Source: an uncultured delta proteobacterium (GTDB lineage: Bacteria > Myxococcota > Kuafuiibacteriia > Kuafuiibacteriales > Kuafuiibacteriaceae). Taken from it: DNA of 64,000 nt. A model generated the notes under the pieces. That model did no database searches and was not told the DNA's origin. It was given only the letters and a program-made list of their open reading frames with translations. Positions 59,495 through 64,000 of this stretch are shown piece after piece. The stretch spans positions 96,001 to 160,000 of the forward strand of contig CAWDML010000006.1 of assembly GCA_963803435.1 (NCBI GenBank), written 5' to 3'. The first letter of the stretch is position 1. Each line of letters starts with the position of its first letter. Both the position numbers and the translations under genes were made by a program.

Positions 59495-61156
59495 CAGTCG
59501 CAACCCGGTTTGAGTCGCTTGAGACCCTCGTCGTCGATCCAGAACGGTGGATCGCAGCGCTTGGGCTCGCTGCTCTCGGCCCGGCGGGGCCGGCGACTCC
59601 GCCGGACGCGCTTGGCGCGGCGCACCGGACGCGGCGGCTCCGAGACCAGCTCCGCTCGGGCGGGTGGGAGGGAGATCGGGATCTCGTCGATCGCGAGGAG
59701 CTCGCTCCGCTGCGAGACCCGCGGGCCCGCGCGCGCCGGGGCCGGCCGCGGTCGTGGCGCCTCGGGGAGCGCCAGCAGCAGGAGCGCGGCGCCGGCGAGG
59801 ATCGGGAGGAGCGCGAGCCAGAGAAGCCGGCGCTTCGGCCGCCCGCGATTGTCGGCGGGGGGAGGGAGAATGTACGTCGGATCCGGGCCCGCCCCGAAGG
59901 GATCGTCAAACACCTCGAACGTCGACTCGGTGGGCTCGCGCTCCGAGAAATCCTCGATCTCCGGCAACGGCCCACGCCCCGGGAGGCCGGGGGCCCAGTC
60001 GATCGGCTGGCGCTGCGTCGTGATGACGACCTTGCGATCAAACTCGAGCGAAGAGTCGAGCGCGCTCGGAAACAAGAGCAGCGCGTTCGGGTGCCGCTCG
60101 TCCCCGATCGACTGCGTCGAGGTGACGACCCGACCATCGAACGCTCCGACCGCCGGTGCAGGGGTCTTGAGGACCTCGACGGACACGGCCTGGCTGCGCT
60201 CGATGTCGGCGATGCGACGCGCGCGCTCGCGGAGGCCGACGCCGGCGCGCATGTCGACGAAGTGTCCGACCTCGCGCTCGGTCGCGAGGACCGTGGCGCG
60301 CTCGAGCTCGAGCGACATCTCCCGCGCCGTCGAGTAGCGGAGCGCTGCGTTGCGCTCGAGGCCGCGCATCACCACGTCGTCGAGCGCCGGCGAGACGGAG
60401 CGGTTGATCGTCGAGGGTGACGGGATCGGAGTGTCGAGCAGCTCGGAGATGGGCAGCGTGCTCCGGAAGAGACGCCGGCCCGCGAGCGCCTCCCAAAGCA
60501 CCACCGCGGCGGAGTACACGTCGGAGCGCGCGCTCGTCTCGCCGGCGATGATCTGCTCCGGGGCCATGTAGCTCGGCTTTCCGCAGCGCTCGCTCGCAGA
60601 TCCCGCGGCCCTCCGGCCCGTGGTCGCCACGCCGAAGTCGAGGATCCGGGCGATCCCATCCACGCCCACCAGGACGTTCTGCGGGGAGACATCGCGATGG
60701 ACGATCTCGAGCGGAGTGCCCCGCTCGTCGACGGCCGTGTGCGCGGCCTGCAAGCCTTCCAGCATTCCGCGCACGATCGCCGCGACCACCGGTACGGGCG
60801 GCGGCCGATCCTCACCGAGTCGAAGGAGGCGATGGAGCGCCTCGCCATGGACGTACTCGAGGATCAGGAACAGCTCGTTGCAGTCGGTGAGGGCGTCGAG
60901 GATCGGCACGACGTTGGGGTGCCGGATGCGCGCGGCCAGCCGCGCCTCTTTGATGAACGAGCGCACGAAGTCGCGGTCGGAGGCGAGCTGCGGGTGGAGG
61001 CGCTTGATCGCGACGATCCGTACGGAAGCCGACCGACCCGTGAAGGTGTCCGAGATGGACGCAGCCCATCCCGCCGGCGCCGATCCGATCGCAGAGCTCG
61101 TAACGCTCGATGGTCTTTCGAGACGCGTCCAACGCCTTCGATTCTAACGAATCCAC
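59494..61156 (-). CDS. Membrane Ser/Thr kinase; frameshift near 61021
   Basis: RYELCDRIGAGGMG lies in ORF 60812..61156; IVAIKRLHP, HRDVSPQN, DFG, YMAPEQ and a TM helix lie in the frame ending at 59494. Confidence 0.85.
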
Positions 61157-61179
61157 CGGTCAGTTCGTGATGTAGGTCG

Positions 61180-62031
61180 CTAATTCCAGGGCCACACCAC
61201 GCCGACGGTCGCCGGAACGGTACCGCCGAAGACCGACCCTCGGTTCACGACGACGCGTACCAGCGGACCCTCGATCGGATCGGGCGATCGATCCTCGTAC
61301 AGATACACGAGGACGCCGACGACGGCCGAGACGAGGCCCGCGACCCCGACGCCGAGCGACACGTCGGCAATGATCTGCTTGCGTCGGATCCGGTCCGTGT
61401 CGTCATCCGTGCAGTGCGGGGCGCACTCGGCCTGCGCGCGATCGAAGTCCCGGGTCGAGGTGACTCCGAAGTAGGCAAAGCTTCCCATGCCCACGAGACC
61501 GGCGCTCCCCGCCAGGTAGATCCAGATCGGCGGTCCGGCGGGCGCAGCCTCCGGCGCAGGCAGGAGCGCCTGCGGTGGGAGCTCGGGCACCAGCACCAGC
61601 TCGATGCGACGGTCCTTCTCGCCATGGAGGATCGTGATCCGCTCGCTGTGCGTCCGGTAGCTCGGGCGCTCCACCCGGAGCTCGTGCGCGCCCGGATCGA
61701 GCTCGAGCGCTCGGCCTTCGGTCGACGTCCCGACCTGCGTACCGTCGATGTAGAGCTGGGCGCCCTGAACATCTCGGCCGTCGGGATCCTGCACGCGGAC
61801 CACGATCGTCGGCAGCGCCGCCTCGACCTCGCGCATCCACTGGGCGCAGTCCGTCTGGGCGGTGGACGGGCAGTCGCGTTGCGCGCACCGGACCAGCGCG
61901 CGCCGCGCCGCCAGCAGCTCACCGTCGCGCCGATGCCGCTGCGCCGCGACGTAGGTATCTTCGCAGGTGGGCTCGGCGTGGGCGACCGAGGTGTACGCCA
62001 CGGTCGCGATCACCCAGACGCACGCACGCAC
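61180..62031 (-). CDS. Exported PEGA-domain protein (myxobacterial type)
   Basis: Signal peptide; Cys-rich helical N-terminus; PEGA (GAQLYIDG...LDPGAHELRVERPSY); two C-terminal hydrophobic helices with a C-x3-C loop. Confidence 0.8.
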   Translation of the reverse strand: MRACVWVIATVAYTSVAHAEPTCEDTYVAAQRHRRDGELLAARRALVRCAQRDCPSTAQTDCAQWMREVEAALPTIVVRVQDPDGRDVQGAQLYIDGTQVGTSTEGRALELDPGAHELRVERPSYRTHSERITILHGEKDRRIELVLVPELPPQALLPAPEAAPAGPPIWIYLAGSAGLVGMGSFAYFGVTSTRDFDRAQAECAPHCTDDDTDRIRRKQIIADVSLGVGVAGLVSAVVGVLVYLYEDRSPDPIEGPLVRVVVNRGSVFGGTVPATVGVVWPWN

Positions 62032-62106
62032 GATCTAGATGTACCACATCCGTACTCGACCTGGCCCTTCAGCCCCGATGCGCCCGGTCGATCCAGAGTC
62101 TAGGTC

Positions 62107-62316
62107 ATGATCCCGCTGACGCGCCTCAACAAGGACCTGATCTACGTCAACCTCACGTCGATCCAATATCTCGAGCGTACCCCCGAGACGCTGGTGGTCT
62201 TTAACAATGGTGATCGCCTCCTGGTGCGCGAGCCCGTCGAAGAGGTGCTCGCGCTGGCGAAGGCCTATCAGTCCGCCGTCTTCAACGGAGGAGAGGCATG
62301 GATCTCACGACCGTAG
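62107..62316 (+). CDS. flbD: Flagellar FlbD/SwrD family protein
   Basis: MIPLTRLN...YVN...IQYLERTPETLV...NGDRLLVREPVEEV; directly upstream of motA. Confidence 0.85.
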   Translation: MIPLTRLNKDLIYVNLTSIQYLERTPETLVVFNNGDRLLVREPVEEVLALAKAYQSAVFNGGEAWISRP

Positions 62317-63089
62317 CCGGAATCTTCATCGGGATCGCGGCGATCCTGGTCGGACAGGCGCTGGAGGGCGGGCACATCGGCTCCATCACTCAGCCGACCG
62401 CCGCGCTGATTGTCCTGGGTGGGACCTTCGGCGCCGTGGTGCTCCAGTTCCCTGCCGCGGTCCTGAAGCAGACCGTCCGCGCGCTCAAGCAGGCGTTCGT
62501 CCCTGAGCCCATCGAGATCCGCGAGACGATCACCACGCTGGTGCTGCTGGCCAACAAGGCGCGGCGGAACGGGCTGATCGCGATCGAGAACGACGTCGCC
62601 GAGCTCCCCAACGCGTTCATGCGCCGCGGTCTCGAGCTGGTGATCGACGGGACCGACGCGCGCGTGACCCGCAACTCGCTGGAGTTCGAGCTCAACCATC
62701 ACGAGGACGAGGTGGAGCAACCGCCCAAGGTCCTCGAGGCCGCGGGAGGCTACGCGCCCACCGTCGGTATTCTGGGCGCGGTGCTCGGTCTGATCCACGT
62801 GATGGAGAACCTCTCCGATCCTACGAAGCTCGGCGGTGGGATCGCGGTCGCCTTCGTCGCGACCGTGTACGGCGTGGGCTCGGCGAACCTCCTCTTTCTG
62901 CCGCTGGCCGGAAAGCTCAAGGCCCGGGCCCGCGAGAAGATCGCGCTGATGGCGGTGATGATCGAGGGCATCTGCGCCATCGCCGAGGGCGAGAACCCGC
63001 GGCTGATCGAACGCAAGCTGGGAGCGTTCCTCGACGGTCAGGCGCCGCTGACGCGCGAAGCCGTCGTCGAGATCGCGAAGGCGGTCTGA
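62298..63089 (+). CDS. motA: Flagellar stator protein MotA
   Basis: AALIVLGGT, ARRNGLIAIE, GGYAPTVGILGAVLGLI, AVAFVATVYG and GENPR motifs. Confidence 0.93.
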   Translation: MDLTTVAGIFIGIAAILVGQALEGGHIGSITQPTAALIVLGGTFGAVVLQFPAAVLKQTVRALKQAFVPEPIEIRETITTLVLLANKARRNGLIAIENDVAELPNAFMRRGLELVIDGTDARVTRNSLEFELNHHEDEVEQPPKVLEAAGGYAPTVGILGAVLGLIHVMENLSDPTKLGGGIAVAFVATVYGVGSANLLFLPLAGKLKARAREKIALMAVMIEGICAIAEGENPRLIERKLGAFLDGQAPLTREAVVEIAKAV

Positions 63090-63784
63090 TGGCGCGCCGA
63101 AGGAAGCCTCCGGAGCACGTGAACCACGAGCGCTGGCTCGTCTCCTACGCCGACTTCATCACGCTCTTGTTCGCGTTCTTCACCACGCTGTACGCCATCT
63201 CGACGGTCGACCAGCGCAAGGCCGGCAAGCTGCAGTACGCGATGATGACCGCGTTCAACGTCCAGGTCTTCAGCAGCGACCAGCCGGCGCCGGGGAGCAA
63301 GCCCACGCCCGCCATCGTCCCGCCGATCCGCGTCCTCGAGACCGACCTGAGGCAGCTGGGCGACGGCGATCTGGCCGGCAAGTTCTCGGTCCGTCGCAAT
63401 GGCGACGAGCTCGTGATCAGCCTCCCCGAAGCGAACTTCTTCGCCTCCGGCAGCGACGACGTGCGCCGGGAGGCGCTGGCGGTGCTCGATGTGCTGGCCG
63501 AGCGGATCAAGCAATACGACGACTCGGTCGAGGTCGCGGTGGAAGGACACACCGACAACCTCCCGCTCAAGACGAGAGGCCGTACCAACTGGGACCTCTC
63601 CGTGGCTCGGGCGACCGCGGTAGTCCGATACATGCTCGAGAAGCACGACTTCGATCCCGCTCATCTCTCGGCCGCCGGCTACGCAGAGTTTCGTCCCGTC
63701 GCCGACAACGACACGCCCGAAGGTCGCGCCAAGAACCGTCGTGTGGACATCGTGGTGAAGCCGAGAGCGCCTCAAAAGGCGTGA
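63089..63784 (+). CDS. motB: Flagellar stator protein MotB
   Basis: HERWLVSYADFITLLFAFF with the conserved Asp; OmpA-like EGHTDN, NWDLSVARA and GRAKNRRV motifs. Confidence 0.93.
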   Translation: MARRRKPPEHVNHERWLVSYADFITLLFAFFTTLYAISTVDQRKAGKLQYAMMTAFNVQVFSSDQPAPGSKPTPAIVPPIRVLETDLRQLGDGDLAGKFSVRRNGDELVISLPEANFFASGSDDVRREALAVLDVLAERIKQYDDSVEVAVEGHTDNLPLKTRGRTNWDLSVARATAVVRYMLEKHDFDPAHLSAAGYAEFRPVADNDTPEGRAKNRRVDIVVKPRAPQKA

Positions 63785-64000
63785 TGGATCTCTTTCTGTC
63801 CGCCCGCCTCGATGACCACCTCGGTCTCGAAGGGCGCACCACCCTGCTGCGGTACCAGCTTGAGGATCCGGGTGCCGGCCGGGACCTCCATGTTGAAGCG
63901 GGGCGTACGGCCGAAGCTGCGCCCGTCGACGAAGACCTCCGCGACCACCGTCGCGGTCACGTTGATCCGACCCGTCCCTTGCACCGCGTTGGCCGCCGTT
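63772..64000 (-). CDS. 3' end of a PEGA-domain protein entering from the right edge
   Basis: GRINVTATVVAEVFVDGRSFGRTP...VPAGTRILKL is a PEGA pattern. Confidence 0.7.
   Translation of the reverse strand, partial: TAANAVQGTGRINVTATVVAEVFVDGRSFGRTPRFNMEVPAGTRILKLVPQQGGAPFETEVVIEAGGQKEIHHAF

Noticed and set aside
62298-63784. motA/motB as Zorya ZorA/ZorB anti-phage system
   Set aside because: MotA is normal length with no long ZorA tail, flbD precedes it, and there is no zorC/D/E.

Overview
High-GC bacterial window. Several Ser/Thr kinases, PEGA, FHA-AAA+ and zf-HC2/CHAT proteins, a MYXO-CTERM-like tail and many lipoproteins point to Myxococcota or a related deltaproteobacterium (inference). 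Scattered single-base indels look like long-read or MAG consensus errors. From left to right the window holds: a SAM-I riboswitch-controlled thrC-like/hom operon; an SDR; a TPR protein; a ~1080-aa lipoprotein made of four Cys-rich ~260-aa repeats; an MBL hydrolase; cyaY; a lipase-lipoprotein + FadL pair; kinases and a pseudokinase; a cNMP-domain PilB/GspE ATPase; an orphan Dam-family methylase; a thioredoxin-rhodanese fusion; a ~10 kb heme-copper oxidase cluster; plsC; a ferredoxin with an internal deletion; a two-gene heme-lipoprotein operon; an RND efflux pair with a heavily frameshifted permease; a PEGA/kinase/peptidase-like cassette; and an isolated flbD-motA-motB. In the oxidase cluster, subunit I keeps the D-channel but lacks the K-channel Lys/Thr, and the cluster adds two subunit III genes, two cupredoxin-like proteins, a diheme cytochrome c, SCO, CtaB and a DUF420-TPR-CPMH fusion. 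The heme-lipoprotein operon encodes a tetraheme repeat protein with CxxCH and CX4CH motifs plus a beta-propeller/diheme peroxidase-like protein. It has a sigma54-like promoter and tandem palindromes, and lies divergent from an FHA-AAA+ regulator lacking GAFTGA. The best candidates for undescribed biology are the heme-lipoprotein operon with its regulator and the K-channel-less oxidase cluster. No rRNA, tRNA, CRISPR array or IS element was recognised. All calls are by eye from motifs; no database searches were run.
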